From: Schmidtea polychroa
Taxonomy: Eukaryota
Direction of reading: 5' to 3'
Length of the DNA: 64,000 bases
NCBI GenBank assembly: GCA_044892525.1
Contig: CM097885.1
Coordinates: 33,294,001-33,358,000 of the forward strand
The notes under the pieces were generated by a model. It made no database searches. It was not told the origin of the DNA and worked only from the letters and a program-made list of their open reading frames with translations. Made by a program: the position numbers and the translations under genes. This document shows, piece by piece, positions 51,389 through 61,691 of this stretch; position 1 is the first letter of the stretch, and every line of letters starts with the position of its first letter.

Positions 51389-51966
51389 GTATGAAATAGA
51401 TAAAAGGATACGCAGCTCCCAGTACAGTTCCATTACAATTCCATGATAATTGAGCGACATTTTTCACCTTTATAATTTTAAATTATTCTTAATTAAAAAT
51501 ATGATATACTGCAAATTCATCTGCTTTATTTTCAATTTTATAGAGACATATACTTTCTTGAACTTCTCCTTTATCAGTTTGATGCATATTAAATGCATTG
51601 GACCGCTCATTACTCAAAAGTACTTTATAAATGCTCGGAACTACTTTTTTGATAAAAGTATTTAATTCAATTTCATCAACGTCAGGATGTATATCTTCTT
51701 CGACATATAAATATGAATCAGTTTGACACTTTAATATATATTATTAAATTAATGAACATTAAAATGATGCATACGTCACTGCTGCGATATTTTTTAATGT
51801 TCAGTCCGCGATGAATTATTTTATATGTATCTGTCTGGGTTGTAAATTCTTTTGTAGAACTAAGTATATATTATAAATTAATAATAACTCGAAAATTTGT
51901 AGCTCACTAATTTTTTTCCCAATTAGATTGAAACGAATAAACTTCAGAATTCACACTAGAAAACAT
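3247..51966 (-). CDS. DYNC2I2: Cytoplasmic dynein-2 intermediate chain 2 (WDR34), 10 coding exons, ~530 aa
   Basis: Exons (minus): 51908-51966 (MFSSVNSEVYSFQSNWEK), 51775-51859, 51510-51728 (CQTD..LNTFIKKV..SNAF), 51412-51467 (VAQLSWNCNGTVLGA), 48739-48929 (FGDIIHNKW..LAAGTHNG), 47326-47548 (EIIVWDRSR..HEEPINSILW..SMGNDGTIVMW), 30838-31001, 23828-23979 (SGAVHGVQWS), 20738-21036 (YLYDLSLSPLIPGLIA..CVEFNEQ), 3247-3391 (AASDINGTIYIWQLS..TAA). All GT-AG with matching phases; 1593 nt = 531 codons. Motifs are collinear with vertebrate WDR34 as I recall it. Confidence 0.88.
6022..6336. mobile_element. Tigger/pogo-type MITE
   Basis: Termini (C/T)AGTGGAACCTCTAC ... GTAGAAGTACCACTG (imperfect inverted repeat), flanked by TA. 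Confidence 0.7.
8205..11308 (+). mobile_element. Near full-length hAT DNA transposon (ZMYM1-like/DUF4371 + hATC transposase)
   Basis: 16-bp TIR CAGT(A/G)GCGTATCTAGG at both ends; perfect 8-bp TSD TCTTTGCG (8197-8204 and 11309-11316). Confidence 0.95.
8560..11054 (+). pseudogene. Disrupted hAT transposase
   Basis: TTF-type zinc finger (WLIYS..LFCFGC), FDSTPD, QCYDNA, TRWSAR and C-terminal CERSFSKLKLI..LRATMSEERL. Broken by frameshifts near 10000 and 10715 and in-frame TGA stops at 10338 and ~10498. Confidence 0.9.
13276..15525 (-). mobile_element. Tigger (pogo) transposon, full-length but decayed
   Basis: Imperfect TIRs CACCTA(A/T)CC..CGA.TT.ACGCGG. Minus-strand transposase pieces include GWFERSKQRH..QIFNADESGLFW (14501-14839). 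Confidence 0.85.
15741..16198 (+). pseudogene. ACT: Intronless actin pseudogene fragment (about residues 16-175), cut off by a gap
   Basis: Translates with stops and frameshifts to M.KAGF..DD....QKDSYM.DEAQSKR.IL...DDM....TFYN.L.IAPE.HPV..TE...FETFNAPA...IYEGY.LPQAI. Confidence 0.92.
18116..18310 (-). repeat. Penelope-like pseudo-LTR repeat; related copies at ~21900-21990 (opposite orientation) and 44420-44500
   Basis: AGCTTTGTGATACCCAG..GGCTCTCATCAG is shared with 44422-44485; CTGGAAATCACATCACTTGAAAATTAGCTAA matches the reverse complement of 21945-21985. Contains a hammerhead ribozyme. Confidence 0.6.
18146..18187 (-). ncRNA. Minimal type I hammerhead ribozyme
   Basis: Minus strand reads AUAGUA-CUGAUGA-GAGC CAAAA GCUC-GAAACUAGUC-UACUAU: intact core, 6-bp stem I, 4-bp stem II, palindromic ACUAGU stem/loop III, GUC cleavage triplet. 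Confidence 0.88.
18750..19024. mobile_element. hAT-family MITE
   Basis: Imperfect TIR CAG(G/C)(C/A)CCGGCG; perfect 8-bp TSD CGTATACC (18742-18749 and 19025-19032). Confidence 0.9.
21410..21790 (+). mobile_element. Mariner transposase remnant
   Basis: VYGEDIV..., VTGNEKWVCYDNPERKR (cf. mariner IVTGDEKW.YYDN..RKR); many lesions. Confidence 0.75.
22100..23160 (+). mobile_element. hAT transposase remnant interrupted by a TTAA MITE
   Basis: LILHCKTRYNSLLMM..VLQP.KLAVETL..ADVT|LKFVLDEL; the reading frame resumes across the 22396-22623 insertion. Confidence 0.7.
22396..22623. mobile_element. piggyBac-type MITE
   Basis: 11-bp perfect TIR CCTCTTAAGTG, with TTAA duplicated on both sides. Confidence 0.88.
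24165..24393. mobile_element. MITE with 25-bp TIR
   Basis: CGGCAAATTCATCGTGGG(G/T)AAATTC inverted pair; TSD not clean. Confidence 0.65.
25058..25238. mobile_element. pogo-type MITE
   Basis: TA-CCCTAAAATCGCGC ... GCGCGATTTTAGGG-TA. Confidence 0.85.
26269..26860 (+). mobile_element. Tigger/Jerky-like remnant
   Basis: TA-CAGCAAAACTCCGATTATCCG terminus, followed by a decayed HTH region (KLCEKLGLGTS..QKALYFY). Confidence 0.5.
29691..29785 (+). mobile_element. Single hAT (Blackjack-like) terminus
   Basis: AAGGTGACCAGACGTCCCGCTTTT..GTCCC subterminal motifs; the other end was not found. Confidence 0.5.
32550..33032 (+). pseudogene. Chimeric ORF: macro-domain (GDAP2-like) N-terminal fragment fused to a prominin TM1-TM2 fragment
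   Basis: DINRKIGFWSGDVYKLQCDAIV..NNS..SSLIYKFAG resembles the start of a macro domain; GYIISLIIGTLIVVLMSIVGFCFCLCRRGEKCGGK is the prominin TM1/Cys-rich loop signature. No introns; internal deletions. Confidence 0.7.
33611..34605 (+). mobile_element. 5' half of a Tigger transposon
   Basis: TA-CAGGTAACACCCG.. terminus; RKVLTLEKKLKII HTH; IFNVDETGLYWKQMP. Truncated, no right TIR. Confidence 0.85.
36088..36165. repeat. (AAT)n microsatellite
   Basis: About 25 consecutive AAT units. Confidence 0.95.
36300..36620 (-). mobile_element. Buster/ZBED5-type hAT N-terminal remnant
   Basis: YNESYDRYLSFG..DENEPTFQCVICN..MKP..QRHFNTKH (BED finger), frameshifted. Confidence 0.7.
36856..37714 (+). pseudogene. 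polB: Protein-primed family B DNA polymerase, C-terminal part
   Basis: IGFTILELSKLQMY, MDTDSIF (motif C), FKDE, FIRAKQYS, KGIQK, LSNYDDKRYIL. Removing one A near 37460 continues into LPIGNDMIPH.. (ORF 37484-37714). Confidence 0.9.
37883..38149 (-). CDS. Small hypothetical Polinton protein, 88 aa, helical
   Basis: ATG start overlaps the upstream stop (TAAATG junction); lies inside the viral cluster. Confidence 0.5.
   Translation of the reverse strand: MNERVLNLIKSNPIIKKESSLALKEYNEKSSEDKALQAAQLAIREPVLLWIINDLEVQLMKISKEIKARKTSTKVEQEKIKEQIKKML
38146..38605 (-). CDS. Polinton HTH protein with CxxC motif (one frameshift)
   Basis: FARLKSENPTFSQTQICKMIGTSDSTMRRIRKDLGIDSPYR matches the HTH-SPYR pattern I recall from Polinton-like ORFs; then CNDC..HNC. 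ATG at 38605 joins the rest after removing one A near 38550. Confidence 0.65.
38608..38817 (-). CDS. Small hypothetical protein with an internal duplication
   Basis: DFRSLSLEDKI.. and KFQSLSIQDQI.. repeats; tightly packed in the cluster. Confidence 0.5.
   Translation of the reverse strand: MEEIMKSRLNDFRSLSLEDKIRICEKCYIFYLVRINDPDYLNKITKFQSLSIQDQIGKGEYYFALFPQL
38866..39423 (-). CDS. Polinton/adintovirus 2-TM helical protein (possible 'GasderminX' class)
   Basis: Intact 185-aa ORF: YPKI..PSAP N-terminus, YKK, hydrophobic hairpin, ALEDGILTDEE C-terminal motif. Confidence 0.75.
   Translation of the reverse strand: METIYPKIQSPEPSAPTELEVMRVKEFKSETLHLNDLLKHYKKIKNRWNKGNTALKIIGYSLGFTSAILTIVLPITLPVVTLAPVILGSISVADSFLTEIFSLSYTSKKKSLYREACLTIDLGISKLFLFQLKALEDGILTDEEIMKSNQIIQDIKNEVIKLKTTKVKEDKKQYREKLLLRKTST
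39432..40363 (-). CDS. Fibre/spike-like protein, split by two poly-A frameshifts (~310 aa if repaired)
   Basis: GDSMKGDLFLNGHKIKELSPPIDGFDATNKKYVD fibre-type motif, then heptads, then an aromatic beta-rich region. ORFs 40049-40363, 39616-40041 and 39432-39674 each join after removing one A. Confidence 0.65.
40373..40615 (-). pseudogene. Minor capsid protein (penton) C-terminal fragment, open frame, 5'-truncated; absent from the ORF track
   Basis: LCDCITGSYNNGKHANILYSF..GYKMVE..NYLPL..IHFKIVDENGELINFNGEKISMCLHLK matches the Polinton penton C-terminal pattern. Confidence 0.8.
40633..41139 (+). repeat. Two tandem tRNA-headed units ending in a Helitron-like ..CTAG|T terminus
   Basis: B-box-like GGTTCAATT (~40684) and GGTTCAAATCC (~40920); the second head resembles tRNA-Cys (ATAGCT..GGT..AGCA..CGACTGCA). 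The two tails are similar. Ends GCAAATTGCGCCGCTTGCTAG-T. Confidence 0.45.
41171..41369. mobile_element. MITE-like element with a perfect 26-bp TIR starting AGTAGT
   Basis: AGTAGTGGACGTATGGCCTTCACGGC and its exact reverse complement; no matching TSD. Confidence 0.75.
43091..43301. mobile_element. Possible piggyBac-type MITE
   Basis: TTAA on both flanks; weak terminal inverted similarity. Confidence 0.35.
44185..44400. mobile_element. pogo-type MITE
   Basis: Perfect 28-bp TIR CCGTATTTTAGCGCATATAACGCGCACG with TA TSD. Confidence 0.92.
44449..44491 (-). ncRNA. Decayed hammerhead ribozyme copy
   Basis: CUGAUGA-GAGCCAAAAUUUU-GAAACUAUUC: core retained, stems I and II and the palindrome mutated relative to 18146-18187. 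Confidence 0.65.
44719..44921 (+). pseudogene. Cold-shock-domain (Y-box-like) gene fragment
   Basis: VSEHVQGFNSKNGYG/FISVD..DKEVLVHFKSI..ESRNVTDPDGG resembles GTVKWFN..GYGFI..VFVH..EA.NVTGP.G; one frameshift and an internal deletion. Confidence 0.75.
44928..45215 (+). pseudogene. ACT: Second intronless actin fragment (about residues 61-170)
   Basis: TLKY..HGIETNLDDM..TLYNE..IAPLNLKAD..MNQIILETFNAPMMY..LYESGHTSGIVLDS..IYESY. Confidence 0.85.
45290..45940 (-). mobile_element. hAT-like (DUF659/CGGBP-type) transposase remnant
   Basis: VTKAFIAANIPLYK..KAAAYMISA..LK.FYP..VDELIARVKTATVK..TRRGTWL. Confidence 0.65.
47745..48110 (+). mobile_element. Penelope-like element 3' fragment (GIY-YIG endonuclease)
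   Basis: SDFVYQFTCNGCNATYIGETSRHL/TRVQEH..FKIL..ERVICEAFLI; one frameshift; GT-rich tail. Confidence 0.85.
48157..48355 (+). mobile_element. pogo-type terminus, one end only
   Basis: TA-CCGTATATACTCGCTTATAAGTCGA with repeated GTATAAGTCGA subterminal motifs. Confidence 0.6.
49172..49583. mobile_element. Tigger-type MITE
   Basis: TA-CAGTAAAAC(CTCGATAAT) ... GTTTTACTG-TA, with internal TTCGAATTA repeats. Confidence 0.8.
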
Positions 51967-52468
51967 TTGAAAATATTGGAGTCCTTAGCAATAAATATTT
52001 AAACACTTTAAAATTAATGATTAGTTAATAATAAATATTTATTGAATAAATAAAAATTCACACTTCACAAACATTATGCTTCTATAAAAATCATTCAATA
52101 AAATTAAAATAAGTATATGTTTAAAAATAATTAATGATAAAATAAAATTAATGATATTTAAATTTGAAACTTATTACTAAAGAACTTAACTTAATTTTCA
52201 ACAAAATATTTTATCCTTCTCACTATAAATCAATTATTTTCAAGTTTCTAAAGAAAACAGTCATGAAAACTGGAGTGAAATCAAAAATGATTTTGTGGTT
52301 AAAAATAATGAAAAAAATAGGAATTCTTTCTTTATCTATTAAAAATTTTAAAAGTTTTATTGCTAAACTTTAATTTAAACTTTAATTATATAAATACAAC
52401 ACGTTACATTATAATTAATCACAAACGCAGCTACGTCATAACCAAGTGTCACAAAGATGAATAAATGA

Positions 52469-52909
52469 TTATTCGGGAGTGAAATTAGTTTGCTTGTCAT
52501 TTGACACGTTTGTCAGCAGTGCCTGTCGTAGTTTTGCCCGAGCGGATTTACTGGGTCGATTCCTCCTTTTGGCCTTGGGAGGTGGCTCCACGTTACTGCC
52601 CCTTGCCACCAACTTCGCCATTGGCTTGATCTTGGAGGCTACATCCTGATCTAGGGTTTTCTGATGGAGTTGAGTCTCCATCTGGCGCATCTAGAGGCGG
52701 AGGGCTCGGATCTCCGTCTGATCTTGAGCGCTTTGAATTTGTAGTTGTTGAATCAACTTGAGGCGCTTCTGCATTTCGGCGGGACTGAACCAGGTGCCTT
52801 CCAGTTCTTGGCACCGTCCCTTGAACTTATTGACCCTTGCTTGTAATCCTTCGGACTGTCTTTGGGCCTCTTCTCGTTCGTGCCGCAGGTTTACGAATAG
52901 TTTGAACAC
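52469..52909 (-). pseudogene. GC-rich coiled-coil/basic ORF of unknown origin, one in-frame TAG at 52691
   Basis: ORFs 52691-52909 and 52469-52690 are one frame split by a single TAG; GC content is clearly above the flanks. Confidence 0.5.
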
Positions 52910-53082
52910 TAAATCAATAACGATGCGATAAACAGGTTCTTTCTATGAAATGAATAATACTGATTTAGATCTCTATTTGATATGATAACAGTCGAAAACA
53001 CTGATAGTCAATCGTGTGCGTCTCGACGGCGCAATAATAGCTTTATCACGGATCCGGCAGGACCTTCCGGGGTCAGCCTCGT

Positions 53083-53102
53083 TTTCTAGAATGTTCTGGA
53101 AA
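53083..53102. promoter_or_regulatory. Perfect four-unit heat-shock element
   Basis: tTTCtaGAAtgTTCtgGAAa = four alternating nGAAn pentamers. Confidence 0.55.
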
Positions 53103-54346
53103 TGCCAAATCCATCATGGAGGCAAAGGTAACAAAAAAAAATTAAAAAATTAAAATTAAAATTATGGCACTAAAATTGCCATTAAAATCACTTAAAATGC
53201 AAAATAGAACGTTTTAGAATTAAAAAGAATTCGAGTTTGTTTTACTGCATCAACGCACACACACGTATTTGCACACCAAAAAATAGATATATATATACCG
53301 CCACATTTCAGTCACATAAAAAGCTTAATCATCATTTTATGCCAAAAATTTTCTTTGTTGATATTGAAATCTAATTCGAATCCTAATAGTAAGAAATTTT
53401 TTTGTATTATTTGTTATTATACTTCATTATGCCAAAATGATTTTATTCGGTATTTTATTTTTAATTTTGCTTATAAGCAAAAGTGATCAACGTTTTTGTA
53501 GACATATTTTTGATCGCGACGTTGACCAGCCATGCTTCCAACTTTGATAAAATTCCATGCACAATGATTATGGGTCTACGACTCCAGATTCACTGAAATG
53601 AATTTTTAACTGCTAGAGGTTGCCACTAACAAATAGTGTTTACCCAGGAGTAGGGCGGATAAATCCATCACACGGACTATGCGGACGAAGTAATTTACGG
53701 GAAACTAAATTGGGATACATACTACAATAGGGCCTGTCGTACCCTATTCAGTGTAGTCGGAAAAGTGGGTAAATTTTAATTAATTTGACCTTTCATTAAA
53801 TCACATATGTAATATGAACATTCAACTATATTATAGAAAACACAACACTAAGAAAATCTGAACGAGAAATGTCCCAGACTCAAATTTCTACAATACACTC
53901 TGGCAGCTGGTTAATTCAGGAAATCCTTCAAACTTTTAATACGTCTAATATCAAATATTTTAAAGTGGTTTTAATTAAACTTATTCATATTCTATAATTA
54001 TTGATATTTAGAAAGCGTAAACTTAGTCAAAATCTAATAAAGCCCGAATCATTGTTTGATTCTCGGATTATTCATTTTTAGGGTATGCCAAAGGTATTAG
54101 GTTCTTTTACTAATTCTACACTTTTAGAAGTATTTGAATAAGCCCTACATTACGATGTAATGTCATGAAAATTAATATTAGAAATCCCTACTTCCATTTG
54201 AAAGCTGAAATCTTTAAAGACCAAAAATTAAACCATAATTTTATTATACGTGGTTAGCTCTATTCTTACCTCTATTCAAAAATCTAATACCATTATACTT
54301 TAAGATCACATCTCACTATAATAATAAAGGAATGATTAATTTTAGA

Positions 54347-54870
54347 TCGGTATTATCTAAAATATACTACCCTTATATTTACCTCTTGATGTCTATATTA
54401 TTTGGGCTAATATATATTAATCTCAAGTCTGTATTAGCAAAATGTACGACCTATATTTTTTTATATTAATGTCTATAATATTTGGTTAAGAAATTTAAAC
54501 TTTTAATCTGTATTATCTAACATCTACGATACTTATTTTTACATCTTAATGTCCATATTACGTGGTTAATAGAAAATAATTTTAAATCGGTATTATCTAA
54601 GATATGCGATCTGTATTTTTACATATTAATACCTATATGGTTTGGTTAATTAATATTAAATTTTAAGTCTGTATCGTCTAAAATATACGAGCTTTACATC
54701 TCCATATTAATGTCTATATTATTTGGTTAAGAAATATTAATCTTACATCTGTATTATATAAAATATACGATCGTTAGTTACGTATTAACGTCTATATTAA
54801 TTAATAAGTATTAATTTTTAAATCTGTACTACCTAAAATATACGCTCTCTATATTTACATATTAGTTATG
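54347..54870. repeat. ~80-bp tandem minisatellite, about 7 diverged units
   Basis: TC(T/G)GTATTATCTAAAATATACGA-like motif recurs at 54347, 54428, 54507, 54587, 54668, 54748 and 54823. Confidence 0.9.
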
Positions 54871-56404
54871 GAACCATAGATCTCTTAGTAGTAATAACAA
54901 TTTCCCTTACCGGCCCAATTTGAAGTGTGGATTTTCCATAGCCTTTTCTCATCAAAATATCCTGTCAACAAAAATAAACGCAACGAGTAAACATCAGACC
55001 GTGAATAGAATACCTAGTTACCATGGGAAATGAAAATAATAAATATTTCTAAACAGAGGTGTCAATACCTATATTATGTATTTATTTTAATTTCTTCCTT
55101 TTTACAATAATTATTTTTTAGAAGAGTTCGCCGTACCTTGGTCACTACCCCTTTTATCTATAGACCCTATTTTCAAAGTACAATAATATAAAATTTATGA
55201 TGTAGATAATTGCGCTGTTGGTAAGGAACCTAAGCCCTTTAAATATGGTGAAAAGAATAAAAGTTGGTTATTTAATATCATCACAACTGATAATGAGAAA
55301 TTTCTCATCGAACAACCCAATACTTCGTAAAGATTTTTTATAAATTATATTTGCCTCATAGATTGATATAATGATGTGTTACAAAAAATTTGATTTCTTC
55401 TTTGGTAAATAAAATTCGATGTTCAAGAAAAATTAATAGTTATTGCCCTTAAAAAGTTTTGTCTTGAATTTATCAAATTCTCGTTATAACATTGGTATTA
55501 TTATTTGTCCAAATGATATAGTATAATTACTTGTCCAAATTTATACAATTGAATAATAAATTTTAATCTTGATAATATGATTGGTTATTACACCTTAACC
55601 ACATAATTAATATCACATCTCACTTCACCCCTACTAATCCACCTATATGATCTAAAAATTAAACTTATCGATTTTCAATACGTTACTATTAATAAAAACA
55701 TTTAAAACCGAAATTATAGACTTTCTTTTGGTAACTAAATCTGCCCAATAGAACCGCATCTATTAATAGGAACAACCCCGTAAGCTAAACGGCACAACCA
55801 TCGAACTCGTTCTGGCCGGAAAATTGATAATACATGCTCCCTCGCATATGAACCAATCACCATCGACCACAGGGAACCATGATCTTCGTACAGATTCATA
55901 TAGTGTCCATAGGACCCTTACCTGTTGGGGGACTTAAATTCCCCCCTGACTACCAAACCCGTCTAACAATCACTTTCGTAACAGTCTTACCAACACTCAG
56001 GTAACTTATTATCTATTGTGAAATAACGTTAGATATATTATCCATCATGTATACAGAGGGAACAACTCCTATAAATTTAATTCTACATAAACCCGTTTGC
56101 AGATAGGAAGATGATAAATATATTCGAATTATAATTCCAAATGTGGCCAGGTGGACAGTGTTAAAAATGTGTTTTAATTGTTCGTCGAATTTTATTTCAA
56201 ACAAGTTCTCATATTTCGAGATTGATAAATAATCAGGTTTTTCGTTGATGATAAAGGGGTTTTCAACCTAAATGAATTCATTATTATATGTAGGAAAATA
56301 TTTTTGAAGATTACTTAAATGTATGAAGGATGTATATGTTGAACAATATGAAGACCTATATCTTCATTCAGAAGGCTATCATTTTCCATTAAAAAATCAG
56401 AAAG

Positions 56405-58150
<1,746 letters not shown>

Positions 58151-58783
58151 ACCTAAATATACTAAATTAGCTTACCTTAATATAAATTTGACTTATATTG
58201 TATTTAAAGTATAAATTGTAATTATTTTTATTCAAAATTTTGATATAATTTTCTTTACGTAAGGTTTTATGGAGATTTTCTTTAATTTTCTTTTTAATTT
58301 TTACTAATCGCCTTTATTCGAATTTGTTTTTGCTTCTTTATGTCTTTCGGTTATATTTGAGTAAGTTTTCGTGTGATACTTCTTGCTCGTGTTTATTTTA
58401 CTCTAAATTCAGATGTTTTATTTTTGGGTAACTTATCTCTCCATTATCATTGTTTAATTGGTGCTTTTATATATTTTATTTAAGTAAACTTAATGATAGG
58501 TGTGTACTGACTCATTTCGTCCCCTTCCTAACTTTGGGTTTAGAAATCAGTTCTAGCCCAACACTATTAATATTATTTTATTCCCTTTATTAAATAGAGA
58601 AAAAAAATAGTTCATTTTCCCATAGACACGGGAAATGTTATTCAATTTTACCTATAAATTTTTAACTTCCTATGAAACTTAAATATCAAAATTGTTTTAT
58701 TTTTGTCATTATAGTATCGAGAGTACTCTACCATTGTAAATAAATAATTAATAAATGAATAGATTCGATAACGAATCTTAATT

Positions 58784-59350
58784 AAAGGGGAGGTATGTTG
58801 GGGTTAGCGCAAAAACCAAAAAAATTTATATATAAAAGGAAAGCATAACAAATAATGGTAAAATCAATAAAAATGCAAAATTAAAAAAAATCGAATATGA
58901 TTGAACGCCAAATTGATAGACCAGTTCAGAAGTTATAATGAAAATTTAATAAGGTGTTCACAGATAAAGTTAATGCGAAAAATCAAATTAATTAAAATTA
59001 ATTAATCGGTAATGGAAAGCCCGAACTCATGGGAAACCCGAGTGAAGAAAGAAACCCGATATCAGAGAAAAGTTTTCGAGCTCTAATCATGGGTAAACTA
59101 ATTAAAACAATTAGGAATTCAACTTAGAAACAACTTAGGATTCATAAAGAAATAATTAATTGGAATTCTCTAGATAATTGGCCTCTCAGAAACAGTATAA
59201 AACGAGAGATTAGATATAAGCATGCCAGCATTTGGTCGAAGAAAAAAGAAAAGAGAAGCTCAGAAAATCCTGCGATCAATGATCAAAAAAAAGAAATCTA
59301 GTAATTCAAAAAGATAAGACTCATACCAGAAAAGGTGTTTGCTCCTTGGG
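58784..59350 (+). mobile_element. Possible polypurine tract and start of an LTR
   Basis: AAAGGGGAGGTA immediately followed by TGTTGGGG at 58796; no coding support. Confidence 0.3.
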
Positions 59351-59357
59351 TTTTTGA

Positions 59358-59783
59358 TTTTGATTGAAAGTAAAAAAAATTGTTCTGTTTTGGGATTCGA
59401 TTTATTTGGTTGAATAAGAACACGAGGAGCCAGAGAGAGAGAGAACAGACTTTCAAATAAAAACTCAACACTGAAAACTCAACTGAATCAGAGCCGTAGA
59501 AAGGTTTTTAGGCGCACAGAGCAGAGGTTAAGTTTAACGCCTTACAAGACTCCACCAAAATAATAAACCCGTAATAACTGATACCTTATTGGATGTGATA
59601 AGTTTATTTTTAGTAATCTAAGTGGTGGACCTTCGTTCTTTTTTAGGATTTCATCCTCTTTGTTATCGGGGTGTTTAATGTACAAACCAACGTAAAACGA
59701 TAACGATTCCAAAATAAACTTGCGTCACTAATAGTAAAATAATACTCATGTTTATATCTTTAATTTAAACATTTACAACTATT
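59358..59783 (+). repeat. ~420-bp LTR-like direct repeat, copy 1
   Basis: Collinear and highly similar to 61692-62107. Confidence 0.9.
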
Positions 59784-59995
59784 TGAGTTTTCTCAAAATT
59801 ATGACACCCCCTATTTTCTGCAACTTCGCGCCAATGGCAATTACCCTATTGGCCAGCCCTGCACAGAATATCGCAAAAATTAATTTCCCCCTTAGAATAA
59901 AAAATTCGAAATATCTACGTGGTTAAATTTAATTAATAAATTGAACAAATGAGTGAACTAAATTCATGAATTTGATCATCTTATATTTATATCTA

Positions 59996-60223
59996 TTCCC
60001 TCTGTCCAAAAATGATAGTCCAGTTGCATTTTAGCCTCCCCCAAAACCCTAACCTAAAAAAAATAAATTTTGTTTTATTGAAAATCTATGGCTAAAAGTT
60101 AATATCAATCTATTTTCGATGATACTGAATAAGATTATACAATCTGTTTTAAGTAATTTTGAGTGGTTGCAAAGAATTTACGATTTAAAGTCAAACTGGA
60201 CTATCATTTTTGGACAGAGGGAG
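59996..60223. mobile_element. Stowaway-like (Tc1/mariner) MITE
   Basis: TA-(C/T)TCCCTCTGTCCAAAAATGATAGTCCAGTT inverted repeat with TA TSD. Confidence 0.88.
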
Positions 60224-60580
60224 TATTAAATAATTATAATGCCATCACCACCCCACTTCAAAAAATTATGACTGTATCTAAAATATGTTTTATAGTCATC
60301 TTGCTTTGTTACCTAGCAACAACTATTAAACTGGTTTTATTGAAAACATATTTGTTTATCTAGTAAACAATTACATATTTATGGCATTACAAAATTATAT
60401 AAAAGTTTATATCAAACTTATGTAATTGAAAAAGTATTCGATATCAATAATAATGTTGGAAACCACTGACTTAGACAAAACTAAATAATAAATGATATAT
60501 GGCAAAAGGAAAAGACAGATTTCATACTATTTCACTAACAATTTATAACAGAATCAATTTCTAATAACAAAAAATGATTA

Positions 60581-61318
60581 CTAAGTTTTAATTTTATTAG
60601 GTAAAATCGACGGACAAGCTATAAATCGATCATAAAGCACTGCTCCCATAAGATATATTAAAAATGAACTCATCATATACTGGATAACTAAAGATTTTTC
60701 ATGTGATTCTTTGTCTCTTTCTTGTCTATAATCTTGCACTTTTTTTGCTGACCAAGCATAGGATGTAAATTCTGTGTAAGCATTTTTATCAATAACTTCA
60801 TCCGTTTTGTAAACATGGTATTTATACTTTAGTTCTTCATCAAAAAGCTTAGAAGTAGGCTTGTACAAATTTTTGTCATAATTTCGTCTTAATTCAAAAT
60901 TTCCAAGTATTTCATATGCTTTTGCTACTTTATGAAATATTTTTTGCGCAGCTGGATCATGAGATACATCGGGATGATACAGTTTAGATTTTGCATAGAA
61001 TGAATGTTTTATTTCTTTATGAGTTGCTGTTGGTAGAACTCCTAAGATTGAATACAAATTGGTTTCCTTAAGGATATCACTTGAATAGAATTTAGGAACT
61101 GTACCGGAAAACTTTAAGCGCAAAGAATTATTAAGGATTTTCACTTTTAAGTTATTCTAAAATTATACACTTGGTAATATTAAAAATAAGTGAAACGAAA
61201 AACTTAACAATTTTACTAAATAAACATTTTTAAACCAAATTTTAAAGCACTTGTGTTATCAAATATAATTTAGATTATTAATTAACTGTTAAATTACTAA
61301 AAATAATGATTTAGACAT
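60581..61318 (-). CDS. DNAJC30: Mitochondrial-type J-domain protein, DNAJC30-like
   Basis: J domain LYSILGV..EIK..YHPD..AYEILGN..LRRNYD with a C-terminal TM segment. Main exon 60581-61156 has an AG acceptor; probable first exon 61298-61318 (MSKSLFL, GTAATT donor, 141-nt intron) gives a basic presequence. The first exon and the paralog identity are tentative. Confidence 0.75.
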
Positions 61319-61691
61319 TTGAAAAAAATATACAAATATTATTAATTAAAATTTTCAAAACTAAATAACTTTTTTCAAATTTAATGTGTTAAAAGAAAAA
61401 TTACTTTCAAGTTCCTATGTTAAAAATAAAATTCTTCTATCATTTTTATTAAAGTTTTTACACAAGCAGCTTCCTTGAAGGATTTTCGTAGATTATCTTA
61501 TTTTAAGCAAACTATTGTTTTCCTTGTAAGTTTTTTATTTTTTTATTCTTACTATACAAAATATTAACAAACACAAAAATAAAAAATTCGAAAAAAGATA
61601 AAAATAAGAATCTTAAAGATATTATTATTTTTATGTAGTACACTTATAGTGTACTACAAAAACTCTCAAATAGGATCATATACAATTGTAA

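Noticed and set aside
53500-53770. Moderately GC-rich patches here and at 34830-35760, 50600-50900 and 55700-56220
   Set aside because: They look like decayed coding DNA, but I found no recognisable motif in any frame; left unassigned pending blastx.
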